Below, one piece after another: positions 27,181-41,008 of a stretch of 64,000 nucleotides of DNA. Each line of letters starts with the position of its first letter. Position 1 is the first letter of the stretch. The DNA is from the human T2T-CHM13v2.0 reference genome, Homo sapiens. The translations under genes were made by a program, and so were the position numbers. The notes under the pieces were generated by a model that saw only the letters and a list, made by a program, of their open reading frames with translations, was not told where the DNA came from and ran no database searches. Location of the stretch: assembly GCF_009914755.1 (NCBI RefSeq), contig NC_060925.1; one strand, given 5' to 3'.

Positions 27181-27962
27181 AAACATATATTTTATGCCAC
27201 TGTACTCAACACAGGTATAGCAAACCAGACCTATTCCTGGCCACTTGAAGCTTACAGTCTAGTAAGGAGAGGCAGACACTAATCTAAATAAACATTTAAT
27301 TATAAACTTTGATCTTCAGAATGTAAGATGTATGACACTATGAAAAAGAACATGGGATCCTGATCCGGGGAATAAAGTATTCCTTGAAGTAACATTGAGC
27401 TCAAATCTGAAGAACAAGTTCAGAGGGAAACAAAATCTCTTAAGCATTGCCCTTTCCAAGATCTAAAAGAAAGCTAATGATAATAAACACAGAAAGCAAA
27501 AGAGAAAAATAAAGATGAGACTGGAAAAATCAGCTGTAGCTGGATTATGGAGAGCCTAGAAGATCACATCAAGGATTCTGGAAAGCCACTAAAGGATCTG
27601 AAAAGAAGGAAAGTTACCCAATTTGCCTTTGGTTTTTTGTTTGTTTAGTTTTCTCAGAGGGGCACAAAAAGTAAAGAGATCAGCTAGGAGTATTCTATAA
27701 TATGCCAAATAAGAAATGTTAGGCTAAGCTAATAACTTGATTTTAAATAGGGACTTCTTTTTAAAAGAAAAACAAAGAGATCTGAAAATTATACAGGAGA
27801 TAAAATTGTCAAGATGTGGACAAAGATTGGATATGATAGATAAGAGAAAGAAGTATGAAAGATGACTACCAGGTTCTGTACTTTGGAACCTGAAAGAGCA
27901 ACTACTCTCTCTTCTGGAGGAGGATCAGGTTTCACTGTTTTGGACATGATGAGCCAGAAGCA

Positions 27963-28349
27963 TGTGATAGGTTGAAAAACGGCTTCCAAAGAACCTAACC
28001 CCTAGAACCTAATCCCCAGAATCTGTGAATGTTACCTTATGGCAAAATGGACTCTGCAGATGTGAATAAATTAAGGATCCTGAGATGGGGAGAGTCTCCT
28101 GGATTATCCAGGTGGGCTTAAATGTAATAACACGTGTCTTTTAAAGACTGAGGCAAAGAGATATTTGAGAAGGCGATGTGATGATAGAAGCATAGCCTGG
28201 GGTAATATACTTTGAAGATGGAGGAAGGGGCCACAAGCTAGGAAATGTAAGACACAAGAAGCTAAAAAAGGCAAAAACTTGATTTTTTTCCCTCAGAGCC
28301 TTCAGAACTGTAAGAAACTAAATTTGCGTTGTTTTAAGCCATTGTTTGG
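27963..28349 (+). mobile_element. MaLR LTR (MLT1C/D-like)
   Basis: tgtgaatgttaccttatggcaaaatggactctgcagatgtg...gagatggggag...ttgttttaagcca. Confidence 0.75.
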
Positions 28350-28519
28350 GGGCCAGGTACTGTGGCACACACCTGTAATCCCAGCACTTTGGGAGGCCAA
28401 GGCAGGCGGATCACTTGAGTCCAGGAGTTCAAGACCAGCCTGGGCAACATGGTGAAACCCTATCTCTACTAAAAAAATACAAAAAATTAGCCGGGCGTGG
28501 TGGTGAGTGCCTGTAGTCT
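28350..28519 (+). mobile_element. 3'-truncated Alu (left arm plus start of right arm)
   Basis: Alu consensus stops abruptly after gcctgtagtc, no poly-A tail. Confidence 0.85.
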
Positions 28520-30644
28520 ATTTCTAAATTTTCTATCTTGCTGAACAGAGCTCATAAACTAATTACACTGATTTAATAATTAAATCTTTAGAATATATTG
28601 GTACCAGGTAAGGCACTCCTCCATCGTTACTTTTTCTTTTCTGGCTGTTCTTGCCTACTTATTTTTGCATATAAACTTCAATATCTGCTTGGTTGTCTCA
28701 AAAAACAACTATTTCTATTTTATTGGGATGGTGTTCAATTTATAACTTAGGAGAAATTGTCATTCTGATATTGATTCTTCTTCCCCAGGAACACAGTAAT
28801 ATATGTTTCCATTTAAGTCCTCTTTTGTGTGATCATGTTTCAACACTAATAGGAAGAATCTGATAAAGATGAAAAGGTGAAGAGGACTGCTGTTTAAACA
28901 TGGTAGACTGGATGTATGATTTTTTTCTATTCCTTGTCAAAATCCCACTCAAGTGAGAATAAAATATCAAGGCTAAAATCCCAGATAGTCAAAGAGAACA
29001 GAAGTAAAAACTACAGATACAAGCTATCAAAATGTTTTTGGAAGGTGAAAAATGTACAGGGAAATTTGCAAACTGAGAACTCTGGCTAACTTTTATAGAA
29101 GGCAAGAACAAAGCATGCAACTAAAAACAAAAAAGGTGGGTTTAAAATCTGCTTGAGTCAGTGAGACCCTTCCACTTACATTCTACCTTCCTATCCCATG
29201 CTCCTTTTTCCTCACCTTATTTGTGGTAAAAGTGAACTAAATGACTACAGACACAAGGATACAAGGCACAAGCAAGGGAGAGAACCATTACACTGGAAGC
29301 AGGGAATTAAGCAAAATCCCAGTTATTTAACAATGCAATCGCCTACCTCCTTCCAAGAATTCTAGCAGACAGGTGTGTAACCTACTCCATCCCCTGACAA
29401 AAATGTGGTAGATTTTTAGCTGTAGAAACTAAAGGCCCAAGAAACAATATCTTTAAACACTAATATTTAGAGCTTTTCTCACAATATGACCATATTCCCT
29501 ATCCAGTCTTCAAATGACAAATCCCACCCACGTGTTCACTGAGTTTCTAATGTTTTATAACGACTCATGTTTCAATATGAACAGATCACCATGTTTGATG
29601 AAAACATAACCAGAAGACTAAAATAAAAATAAAAAAGAACTTGAACAACTTAAGAGTATAAAAGAAAACTTAAAAACAAGTATAATTAGTATCAGAGAGA
29701 TGAAAAAAGGTATTGTATCCATGAAACAATAGGAAGTTATTAAAAAAGGGACAGAGAACAAGAACAAGCTCTCAAACTGAAAACATTACAGCTGACATTA
29801 ATCAACATTAAGAAGCTAGTTAAATCTACCCCCAGAAAGCAGGAAAAAAGACAATGAAAAATATAATAGGAAAGATAAGAAAATTGAGGTTGAATCGGGA
29901 GGCCTAATATACAATTAATAAAAGTTTCAGAAAAAAACGATAACTGAGAAAGAAAATTAACAAGTAATACAAGAAAAAACTCCATAAAGGATGGATTTCC
30001 ACATAAAAAAGGGTGGTGGGGGGTAGGGTTCAACTGCACTGATGATGTTTTATTTCTTGGGCCAGAGTGATTGTTATTATTCTTTATATCTGCGTCTGAA
30101 ATATTTCATAGTAATTTTTTTTAAAGAAAAATGATCCATCTCAAGGCACATTATCCTTGGTACTCAGACATTCTGTAGTAGAAATTCTGAAAGCTTCCAG
30201 AGAGAAAAAAGCAGAACAGCTAAAAAAAATCAGGAATCATTATGGCATTGGATTTCTCAACAGCAACACTGTAAGTTTAAAGGCACTGAAGCAATGCCTT
30301 TATAAAGCTAAGAAAAATGACCCATCAATCAAATGTTACAGTTAAAGAAAAATTCTTCAGATGTGAGAATTGAGCTACTGAATTCAGGCAAGAGTCATGG
30401 AATGCCAGACAGGAGAAAGGACAAATAGAAACCCCAGGATACATGCGTGGATAAAAAGACCTATCAAAATAGGAAGATCCCTTGGCCAGGAGTTTGACAT
30501 CAACCTGGAAAACACAGGAAGACCCTCTACCTTGCCCCCACCCCGACCCAAAAAAAGACATTTACACAAATGCTTACTGTAACACCATAATATTATAAAA
30601 CTGTAAACAACCTCAATGTCCAAGAATAGGAGAATAAATAGTGA

Positions 30645-31480
30645 GTGTGATATTGTGCAATATGTATCTGGTCTTCATCCCTATATCCTGAGGTAGGGCT
30701 CCTAAACTCCTTGTTATCTCCAAATAGCTCTATTTTTGTATGCTAATATTGACTAACAGCTTTAGGGCGGGGCTGGTCACCTGAAAAATAAAGGTACAAT
30801 TAGAGGGTTGGACGGTCAGCCCTACCCCCAACCTCCAGGGAGGGGTGCTAAAGGTCAAGCTGACCACCAACGGCCACTGGCTTAATCAATCAAGCCTACA
30901 TAATGAAGGCTTCATAAAAACTGAAGAGGTTCTGAGAGCATCTGGATAGCTGAACATGTGGAAGCAGACAGGAAGATCAACAGGAACTCATACATTTGCT
31001 GGGAGGGTGGCATACCCCAACTCTACGGGGAAAGAAGCTCCTGTGCTCGGGACCCTTCCAGACCATGCCCTGTGTATCTCTTCATATGGCTGTTTATTTG
31101 CACCCTTTAACATATCCATCACACTAAACCCATAAACATAAGTATTTCCCTGAGTTCTCTGAGCTACTCTAGCAAATCCACTGAACTCAAAGAGGGGATC
31201 GTGGGAACCCCAACTTGAAGCCAGTTGGTCAGAAGTTCCAGAGGCCTGGACTTGTGACTGGTGGGAAGGAGAGGCCAGTCCTGGGGACTGAGCCCTCTAT
31301 CTGGGATCCAAAACTGACTCTGGGTAGTGTCGGAATTGAATTGGATGACACCCAGCTGGTGTCTGCTGAAGAACTGATTGCTTGCTTGTTGTGGGGGAGA
31401 AATCTCCCACATTTGGGCAAAGAAGTCTTCTGTGTTGATTGCTGTTGTTTGAGAGCAGAGGAAAAGTAAAGTGTTCAAAA
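30645..31480 (+). mobile_element. ERV LTR (MER21-like)
   Basis: tgtgatattgtg start; gtgggaaccccaacttgaagccagttggtcagaagttccagaggcctggacttgtgactgg. Confidence 0.75.
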
Positions 31481-32458
31481 ACAGTGATACAGCTGCCCAA
31501 CAAAATACCAAATATAATGGTTAAAATTAATGTAGAGTTAGATGTATCAAAATAATCTTCAAAAACAATGTTGAACAAAAATAACCTGCAGAATGATACA
31601 CACAATACACTGTAGTTTTAAAATACAAAGGTACAAGTATTGTTTTTATGTTCATTTGGTATTAGTAAAATGTTAAAAGATAAAACGACATGATAAGCCA
31701 CAAATTCAGAATAAAGATTTACTTCTAGGGAGAAAGGAAAAGTTTATTTAGAGAAAAAAAAAGCGGGGGAAAGACACGAAGCAGAAATTCGCTTAATATA
31801 TTTTATACTTTTAGTTACGTGGGGAGTGGGAATGGAGAAGGGAAAGGTTGGAGGGGTAGTAGCGGGTAACTGACATCAAAGATCCTAACCTAATGGGTAT
31901 AGAGTTTCTGTTTGGTATGAGGAAAAAGTTCTGGAAACGGTAGTGGTAATAGAACAATATATATACCCAATGCCACAGAATTATACACTTTAAAATGGTT
32001 AAAATGGTAAATTTTGTGTATATTTGACAACAGTTTTTTAAAAACCTTAGCAGGCTAAGGGATGGTATTCATAACACAAGTAGACAAATTAGCCTGACAA
32101 ATTAGCCTTTGAGGAGGAGATAGAATATCTTCTCTACTGTAACAGGAGAGAATGAGGAAAAGATGTATACAGATAAAGTTTAAATAGTATTTATGAAGAA
32201 CAGGTAAACAAGCTAAACAAAGAAAAGAAGTAGGCTTCCCAGGCAATGTTGACAACCCAATGGGAAGCATTATAAAATGTCATGAAGAGACAAAGTCCCC
32301 AGTGATGGCCAATCAAAACATGATTTTTTAAAATTTGCACTTTGTAGAGGTCAGATAAGATTATCTCTTAGTTTATGATGCTCTGAAATTCTAAAAAGAT
32401 GCTATCTACAGGTCAAATGAAAGGAACTAGAGTAATGGTAGATGGTATATGGTTTAAA

Positions 32459-32637
32459 ACAGTGTTTCTTAAACTTGCCTGATCATAGGAATCAAGTCGG
32501 TCAAGGTACTTATTTCATGCCTCACTCCAGACCTCATGAACCAAAATTTCCAGAAGAGGAACCTGAGAGTCTAATGTATATTTGAACTAGCAACCCCAAA
32601 TTATTCTTAGGATCTGGCAAGTTTGGGAAACTCTGGC
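32459..32637. mobile_element. MER5-type hAT element
   Basis: Inverted ends cagtgtttcttaaact ... agtttgggaaactctg. Confidence 0.7.
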
Positions 32638-34087
32638 CTGGAAATAGCAACTGAAAACAAAGAACAAGTTGAATTCTACAGCTTTCCGGAGTTTATGTAC
32701 TGGAGCACAGTGGAGGAACAAACAGAATTGGGAGGACTGGAGGGAGGTAAGTACGAGACCAAAGAACAGAAAAAACTAAAGCTGCCATGGAAGCAGGAGA
32801 CATAACGCCAACAGGAAAAACACAGTCTTTGGTAAAATCAGAAGGCAAAGTGGGGAGGGGAGAAGGATGTGGCATCAAAGAGAAATATGCCTATTAAAAA
32901 AAATAATAGTTTTGCATAAAATTTATTCTCTTTATAATATCTATAAAATGTTAAACAATTATCTTTGAATATATATACTGCTGTCAATACATATGTAGTG
33001 TTTAAATTAGAAACTCAACTTCACAGTTATCCTGTATGAATTTCTGAATTAAGTAAGCTCAACTGTGTCCCCAATACATAGAGCTTCTACAAAGGACAAT
33101 TATAAATCTGTTAATAACTCAGGAGAACACCAAGCTAAAAAAGCACTATGTGGAAAACCCTGTGTATGGGGGTTGAGAGCGGGTGTGGATTATTCCACAG
33201 AACTCACGTTTCAGGAAGAAGCCTATTCAAGCTGACTTTTTAAAACACAGAAAGGAAAAAATTAGCCAGCGATCTTCCTAACCTTGTGCCTTGTGAATAG
33301 AAAGGCATTCCTACTTTAAAATATATAGTGAAAAAACAGTGTGACTGGGTCAAAGTGAGTACTTAAAATAAGAGGAAAAAAAAAAGAATCAAGCCTACCA
33401 TTTTTATTTATGCCATTTTATTTTATAAAACCTGCTACTTAAAATGTTTATTTCTCCTTTTCTATAACACACTAATAATGCATACAGTTCCTTAAGGGTT
33501 TCTGAGCTATTTCCCAAGCTATATACTACTCTACTAGTTCTATTCTTATTAGTATTACCAATTCATTATAAAATGTTAATCAATCAAAGATCAGAGTGCA
33601 TATAACAAGCCCATATAAGGCCTTGTCCCAACACACAACGAGGGAATAACATTTTTTGTTTTTCTCTGGAACCGTAGACACTAAAATTATACACGCCAAT
33701 GCTACAGAACATTATCATTTTATAGAGTAATAAAAGTAATATAAGAAATAAAACTACCTAAAGTTAAAAAGCTTTGATTCTCAGTGAAACCTCAAAATTA
33801 TATATGAAAATTTTTGAAAAAGATACTTAAAACATGCAGATTTGCCAATCTTCCCTACCCCCAGCAAACACATAACACACACTCCTCTCCATGTACATCC
33901 TTCAATTACTTAGTTGCCAGAAGATCTCAGAGGTGATATTGAAAACAATTCCCTTTTAACTTCACTGTATTTTTAGTGTTTGTTATTATTTGCGCTTGCA
34001 ATTTATGTACAGATTTTGAGACCTATATGGCCTTGGTGGTCCATTTACTAGCAACATCAGCATCACCAGAAAATGCAGACTATAAGC

Positions 34088-34465
34088 AAAGCTAGTGCTC
34101 ACACCTGTAATCCGAACATGCTAGGAGGCCAGAGCAGGAGAATCCGTTGAGACCAGGTGCTCAAGACTAGCCTAGACGACATAGTGAGACTCTGGCTCTA
34201 TAAAAAAATTTTTAAATTAGCCAATTGTAATAGTACACACCCGTAGTCCTAGCTACTCTAGAGGCTGAGGCACTGGAAATAGCACCTGAAAGCGAAGAAC
34301 AAGTTGAGTTCCACCACTTCCTGAAGTTTATGTACTGGGGTACAGTGGAGTAAGAAACAGTAGAAAGACTACTAGAGCCTAGGAGTTCAAGGCCTCAGTG
34401 AGCCATGATCACACTTCATGATCACACTTCAGCCTGGGCCACAGAGCGAGACCTCATCAAAGAAA
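34088..34465 (+). mobile_element. AluJ-like element carrying an internal non-Alu insertion (34273-34360)
   Basis: Alu consensus is interrupted after gaggctgaggca and resumes at ctagagcctaggagttcaaggc. Confidence 0.85.
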
Positions 34466-34518
34466 GGAGAAAGAAAGGAAGGGAAGGGAGGGGAAGGGGA
34501 AGGGAGGAAGGAAGGAAA
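34466..34518 (+). repeat. GA-rich (GGAA/GGGAA)n simple repeat
   Basis: Directly visible purine tract after the Alu tail. Confidence 0.85.
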
Positions 34519-34774
34519 CTCATCTTTATAAAGTTATCCTGTATCAACTGCTAAGAGTTAAGTAATCAAACAAGGATCAGCTTACTGTTTCAATGGACAT
34601 ATAAATTTTTCTGCTCTGGTATTAGAACATTTGAGTTTTCTAGAATGTTAAAAGAAAACCCTATATGTGGATCCTAGCTTTAGCCACCACAATAATTTAA
34701 AAATATAAAAATAACAGAAGTTTTCATTTTTCTTGCACAAAATCTACATTTTACTTTCTCCTGCTTAGAGGAGC

Positions 34775-34936
34775 TGAGTTCTAAAGCTTCTCAAAGTTTA
34801 ATGTGCATATGAATCACCTTTTAAAAATGCAGATTCTGATTCAGAAAATCTGGGTAAGAGCCCAGTCTACACTCCTAGCAAGCTCCCTGGTGGTGCCAAA
34901 TTCATACATAGAGCAAACTTTTAGTAGCAAGGTTCT
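34775..34936. mobile_element. MER5A-like element
   Basis: cttctcaaagtttaatgtgcatatgaatcacc...aaaatgcagattctgattcag...ttttagtagcaagg. Confidence 0.7.
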
Positions 34937-35339
34937 AAAGAAAAGGCATAATTTACAATAGTATTTACCTGTCCACGGTTTGCAAAGCACTAATCTTGAT
35001 CATGTCTCCAATTCAATTCCTAATTGATAAACCTACCACTTTCCCATCCTTACTTACTGGATCCTTCATATGGATAAAATAAACACTTCATTCTTAAAAT
35101 GCAGAAAACTTCTAGTCTTTCTTCTGCCTGCCTTTCTTTTTGGTCTTTTCCCATGTTCATCATACTTACTTGTGGATGCATCACAAGATTCCACCCTTAG
35201 TTTCATCTCTTTTCCACTGCTATTGCTGGTTCCATCTTCTGCATCTCCGCATCTCCTGCATTAATGGGTTCAACTTCTGCATCTCCAACCTAGACACATC
35301 TCTCAAACTTGGATCCATACATTCAATTCCTAAGAGTTC

Positions 35340-35628
35340 TTTTTTTTTTTTTCTTTTTTTCTTTATTGAGACTTGCTCTGTCGCCCAGGCTGGAGTGAGT
35401 GACGTGATCTTGGCTCAGTGCAAACTCCACCTCCCAGGTTCAAGCCAGCATCCCAAGCAGCTGGGATTACAGGCGCCCGCCACCATGTCAGCTAATTTTT
35501 GAATTTTTAGTAGACATGGGGTTTCACCACTTTGACCAGGCTGGTCTCAAAATTCCTGATCTCAAGCAATCTGTTCACCTCAGCCTCCAAACTGCTGGGA
35601 TTACAGATGTGAGACACCATGCCCAGCC
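35340..35628 (-). mobile_element. Alu
   Basis: Poly-T followed by reverse Alu with a small internal deletion. Confidence 0.88.
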
Positions 35629-38600
35629 TCCTAACAGTTATTTCTAACCGTAAATTCCCACAGGTACCTTCAACTCAAAATATCTCAAACTGAGCTCATC
35701 AACACCCTCTAGCCACAGAAACCGGCTTTTTCAACCATGTATTGGCTTTGACCAGCATCGCCATCCACCCATTTGTCCAAACCACATCTGAAGACTATCT
35801 CTCTCTCTCACCAAGACTAGTTAAATCTCAACCTTCTAATTATTTCTCAAATTTCTTTCTTTTCTCTCTAATGTCAGTACCAGTTTGGACGTGGAGCATT
35901 TATGACATGGTTACTATCGTAACTAACTGGTATTCTTGCTTCCAATCTCATATCCTGCACCACCAATTCCATCCTCCACACTATTATGTAATCTTTGCAA
36001 ACATAAATGGATAGCAAGCATTTCCCTATTAAAATTCACCAATGACTCCCAATTATCTTTAGGAAAAAGTACTAACTTTTTAAAAGCATGTCATCTAAGG
36101 CTCTTCACAATCCTAATCATGTCTCTCTCTCTCTGGTCTCAACTCCTTCCATCCCTTAACAGTCAGTGCATACTCTTGCCATGTCAATCTATTTGTAGCT
36201 CCCTCTAAGTGCCGCATTCTCAAATGCCTCTGTGTATTTGCATAGGCTGTTATTCGCTTAAAATGTTCTTACCAAGTTAAGTATTAACATGCTTTCAAGA
36301 TTGTACTCAAGCATCACATGGCTTAACATGCCTTTTCGAATTACCTCAAGTCTGCATTAGGTAACACAGACAGTGCTCCCTCTATTACAGGGTTTTCCCT
36401 ATGCGTACCTCTACTCAAGTAGTACTCTGTATTATAATTGCTGGTTTACTCATCTCCCCCACTAGACTGAGCTCATCAATTAGTCCTTTTAAGAACACAG
36501 TGCCCAGTACATGGTAGGTTCTCAGTAAGTGCTTGCTGAATAAACTATCTTGAAATATAGTCACGAATAATTATTATGGCTACATATTTAAACTATAAAT
36601 AACTTCCAATAACTATGTCTCTAAAGCAATAAAAAATTTATTTGACTTTATTTCTAGGTTTAACAGAACTTCATAAAATGTCAAAAGACTTCAGGTAAGT
36701 CCACACTGCCCTAGGTATTTGTTTAATTCCCAACGATCTAAAGGGATTTGTTAAAAATATTAGAAACAAAGCCTTTTGCATGCTGTTTCACACGGAGATA
36801 CTTTAATTTCACTGACCAGAGTGTTAGACAAATAAAAGCACTAATCTCTTCTCCATGGTAAAATGATGTGAACATTGTTCAGGTGGCCTGGGTTTGCATC
36901 TGGACTCTTCTACTTACTAGCTATATGACCTTGGATAACAAACAATGAACATCTCCCAGCCTCAGTTTCTTCCATGGGAAACACAGATAAAATTGCTTAC
37001 CTACCTACCCACTAGGTTGTTTCAAATATTCAGATATGAATGTGAAAGCATTTCTATAAACCATGAAGTGCGAAATCAATTTGAACTACTGTGTTAACTT
37101 CTATCCCAACATCTGCTAAAGTTGCAAACTTCAAAGTTTAGTCGGCTAATCCAACCTCCCATATCCACACCATACTCTTCTCTAATGACTGAAAATTCAT
37201 AAATAAAATTAAGTTCCAGGACCACCAGAGCACAGGACTCATTCAACAGTCCTCAATATTCTTATGTGGTTGAAGTGTTTAATATCTAATTTAATCATAA
37301 TCTGAAATGTTCTTAAAAAGTGGTTATTTTTTAAATCTCAAAGTAAGTATCAAGGTAAGTTGTTGGTACAGTCATTTAAATTTCAGCTCCATTTTAAAAA
37401 ATTAATTGGAGGACAAAAATCAGCAGGGAATATTTCAAGATATTTTCTTTTATTAACTATTTAGACTGGATACTGTCTGTTGACATACAAATTTGATCCA
37501 CTTTAACTAATATGAATGTTAAAAAGACACCCTTACAAAACTGGGACAGTTTTCCCCCAAATTTCTGGCTTATTTCTCAGAAATGCTTGTTGGTCTATCA
37601 AAAGAGAAAATTTGCTGCATTTTTCTAAACTAAAAAAATGATAGAGCATGTTGATTCTGCTCTCAGCAATATCTTTCCTTGTTAAATAGGGAACTTATGG
37701 GGATTATGGACTATATTAGGAGAAATGTTTTCAGTCTCATCTGCAATATTTATAAAAATAGGATTCCTTGACCTTCAAAGGGCAAAACTTAAAAAAAAAA
37801 TGAAAATGAAAAAAGAAAATCTACTACAAAAGTCAGCACTTCGGTACCTGGTTGTGGTAATAAGGCCAAAATCCAAGACGAAGCCCTTTATTGCACATGG
37901 TGTTCCAACATCTTGGGCAGCCCCATCTTGCGACCTCTCCACATTGGCTGCTCCTGCTCTCTCTACTGCAGAGAGAACTTCAATTAGAGAAATTCTGAAG
38001 CTCATAAATCTAAACTGGATACTCCCCTCATTGGAGGCAAAGATGGTAAGACTCACTAAAAAGATTCAAGTTAGAGGAGGTTTCAAATAAATCTAAGTGG
38101 CTTGAAACCACTATAATTCAGGCAGCTGAGAGTCTTATTACGGCAACAATCTATTTACCTAAAAAAATATATATATATTAAGGGAAAAGAATGGCAGCAA
38201 ATTACTAGACAACCTGAAAAAACAGAACATATAATCATAAAAGTTTAAAAAGTGAAAGTCTCCACTAAAGTTGAATTTATAATATATACTGCAGAAACTT
38301 ATAGCTGACCATTTATATTCAATTCTTACGAGAAAAGCAAGTAAGAAAAAAACTAGGACACATTATTAACTTCTTATTCCCTAAAATAACTTCACTGAAA
38401 AAAATGTTTGGTTAAAACCACTGGTTAAGAAGCAGACGTTTCCCTGCTGACTTAAGCCTAGCTGCCCATGCAAGGCTTCAAAAAATGTCTTCACCTACAA
38501 CAATGTATAGGCAGAAGGAGCAGAGGCTATGGCGGTCTTCCTAATGACACTTCCAAGTCACATAAATGGGGTATATTTCTGGGATGGACTGCCAACAAGT

Positions 38601-39028
38601 TACTGAAAGAGATATAAAAACTCCAAAAACCTGGCATATAAACAGGCCCATGCCCTCACGTGTTTTATTATGATATAAAAGCAAATCTTAACTAAAGTTA
38701 TCCTGAGACTAACAGATCTCAATCACATCCTCCATACTAACATTACCCGATTTGTGAAAGACCAGGTAAGTTTTCAAGCTAGTTTTCCATAAAGATTTGT
38801 AATGATGTATAACATGTATAAAGCATTCCCTCCAGTAAAGAAGAAGCCCCACCCGAACTCAGTAATTAAGATTTTTCAATTAGAGGAAGAGACAAACAAT
38901 TTGAAGCACCTTTATTACCATAAATTTGTTATCAAAAATGTGCTGGTATGTGCTGTGCGACAGAAAGAGGTTAATTCTGTTTAGAATCGTATTTACTAAA
39001 TAATTTTTAACAACAATTTTTATCTTAC

Positions 39029-39702
39029 CTGAGTGTGAAAATTTGAAATGGTGGTTGTTTCAATATCTTTCTTGCCCAGAATTTCCATTTTCACTGGAGT
39101 GTTGGGGAAATTAAAAGCAAAGTAGTCCAAGAAGTCTGGGAGATAAGCAGCCGCTCCATGCACTATTGCTAAAGCATAGTAAGCAGCATTTTTCTCATTT
39201 TCACTGAATGTCAAAGCAAGAAACTCCTCAGAAAATCTCTCCATCTCCATTGGAGACAAAAATGAGAGTTCATCCATGTAAGCATGAAGGACAAGAGCAC
39301 CACCATTGGACTGGTGTTCCTCATGAATAAAGTTGCTAAATTTAGTACCTGTTTTTAAGAAATTTCTACGAATAGAATGTTCCTGGTGAGTCATAAAAGG
39401 TGTTTGTACTCCCTGGGGTACCCGATATTCTTGCATACCCAAATTTAATCGGCACAGCTGTTCATCTTTCAGATACCTGAAGGACTCCTTATTAAGTCCT
39501 GAAGTGCTATTTATTTGTCCTTGGGTGAGAATTTCTTTACTGATGCGGGTCAGGCCAGCACAGACGGTTTGTACTTCCTTATTGTACATTTTAAGGCGTC
39601 TTCCTCGCATGTCTTCTCGGTGTTTCTTTTTCTTTTTCTTCTTTATTTTCTTCAAGACAAAATCATCGGCTCTCTGGGTTTTACCATTTTCATCTGGTGT
39701 TT
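39029..39702 (-). CDS. RSBN1: RSBN1 exon 2 (ETPDENG...KKIKKKKKKKHRE basic NLS-like tract...SNFHTQ)
   Basis: Acceptor attgtggccag|AA at 39702, donor CAG|GTAAGA at 39029; 674 nt; phase 1 in, phase 0 out. Confidence 0.97.
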
Positions 39703-40896
39703 CTGGCCACAATAATTAAAAAGAAGTTAGTTGCTAGGACTAGTGTCAACATACAAGCTTCTTAAGGTACTTGATCTCATTAAATAGCCTATCCTCAATT
39801 TCTCTGAATTTGCTATTACAACTTACGTGTTTAGAAAACAAATGAGACAGAGATCTTAAATATAATAATATTCTGGATTGAAGAAAAGAATAAAATTGAA
39901 GGTATCCATTTTTCAAAGCAGTATATTACTGATAATGGAGAAAAATCAGAAATAATTCACACATCCAAAAAACAGAGAATGGTTAAATAAATCATGATAT
40001 AGCAATGGTATGAAACATTATACGATAGCTAAATATGATGATTCTGAAATCTATGTAACAACATAGATTCTTTTGTTCAGTTATCATCATAAAATTTAAA
40101 TTTAAGCTAGGCATATTTTGCTGTCAGCCTATGAATTACTATGATACATACAGGTAAATCAACAAAGGCAAAGTAAGCCATGAGATATCATTTTTTCCTA
40201 TCAAGTTGGCAAAGTCTGCGGTTTCTGGTCATTCTCAACTACTACTGCTGGAAGTATAAACTGGTACAACTTTCTGAAGGGCAATTTCATGATACATGTT
40301 AAAAGTCTTAAAAAATATTTCTAATCCTCAGACCCAGAAATTCCACTTCCAAGTAAAAGTTATCTAAGAAAATAACTGAAGATTATATAAAGATATCCAT
40401 TACAGTATTATTTAAAACGACACAACAGGGAATGCTCCTAAATGTCTAATAACAGGGGACTGATTAAACTCTGGTAGTTACATATTATAAAACACTACTC
40501 AGCCATTGTAAAGTATATTATAGATGAAAAAACTGACATAAAAATTAGAAGGTTACAAAATGCTTAGACTCATTCTTTCAGAAAGCCTTTTCTTCCCCAC
40601 CCAATCTGGATAGCTACTCCTGCTATGGGCTCCCTTAAGCTTTGTATCCCCATCTCAGCACTTATACTCTGTGTTATTAACATTTCATTTTACACCCTCC
40701 CCTAGACTGTCAGCAATCTAAGTTCAGTGATGTATACCTTACCTTTCTCTCCTGAGCACTTAACACATGTACATTCTGATCCCATTTTTATATAAACATT
40801 AATTCATCCAAACATTTAAGTACCTACTAAGTGCTAGGACCATAATGCTGACTAGGACATACACAATCCCCAATCTCTTGGATCTTTTTCTCCCCG

Positions 40897-41008
40897 CTTT
40901 TTGAGGAGTATGGAGTCTCCATATGTTGCCCAGGCAGGGCTCAAGCTATACTCCTGCCTCTACCTCCCTAAGTTCTGGGATTACAGGTGTGACCCATGGT
41001 GCCTGGCA
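40897..41008 (-). mobile_element. Alu monomer (FLAM-like)
   Basis: atgttgcccaggc...gttctgggattacaggtgtga. Confidence 0.65.

Noticed and set aside
37725-38090. ORFs 37725-38090 (+) and 37775-38056 (-) as standalone genes
   Set aside because: No homology recognised; the block is better explained as a candidate alternative RSBN1 exon in a different frame
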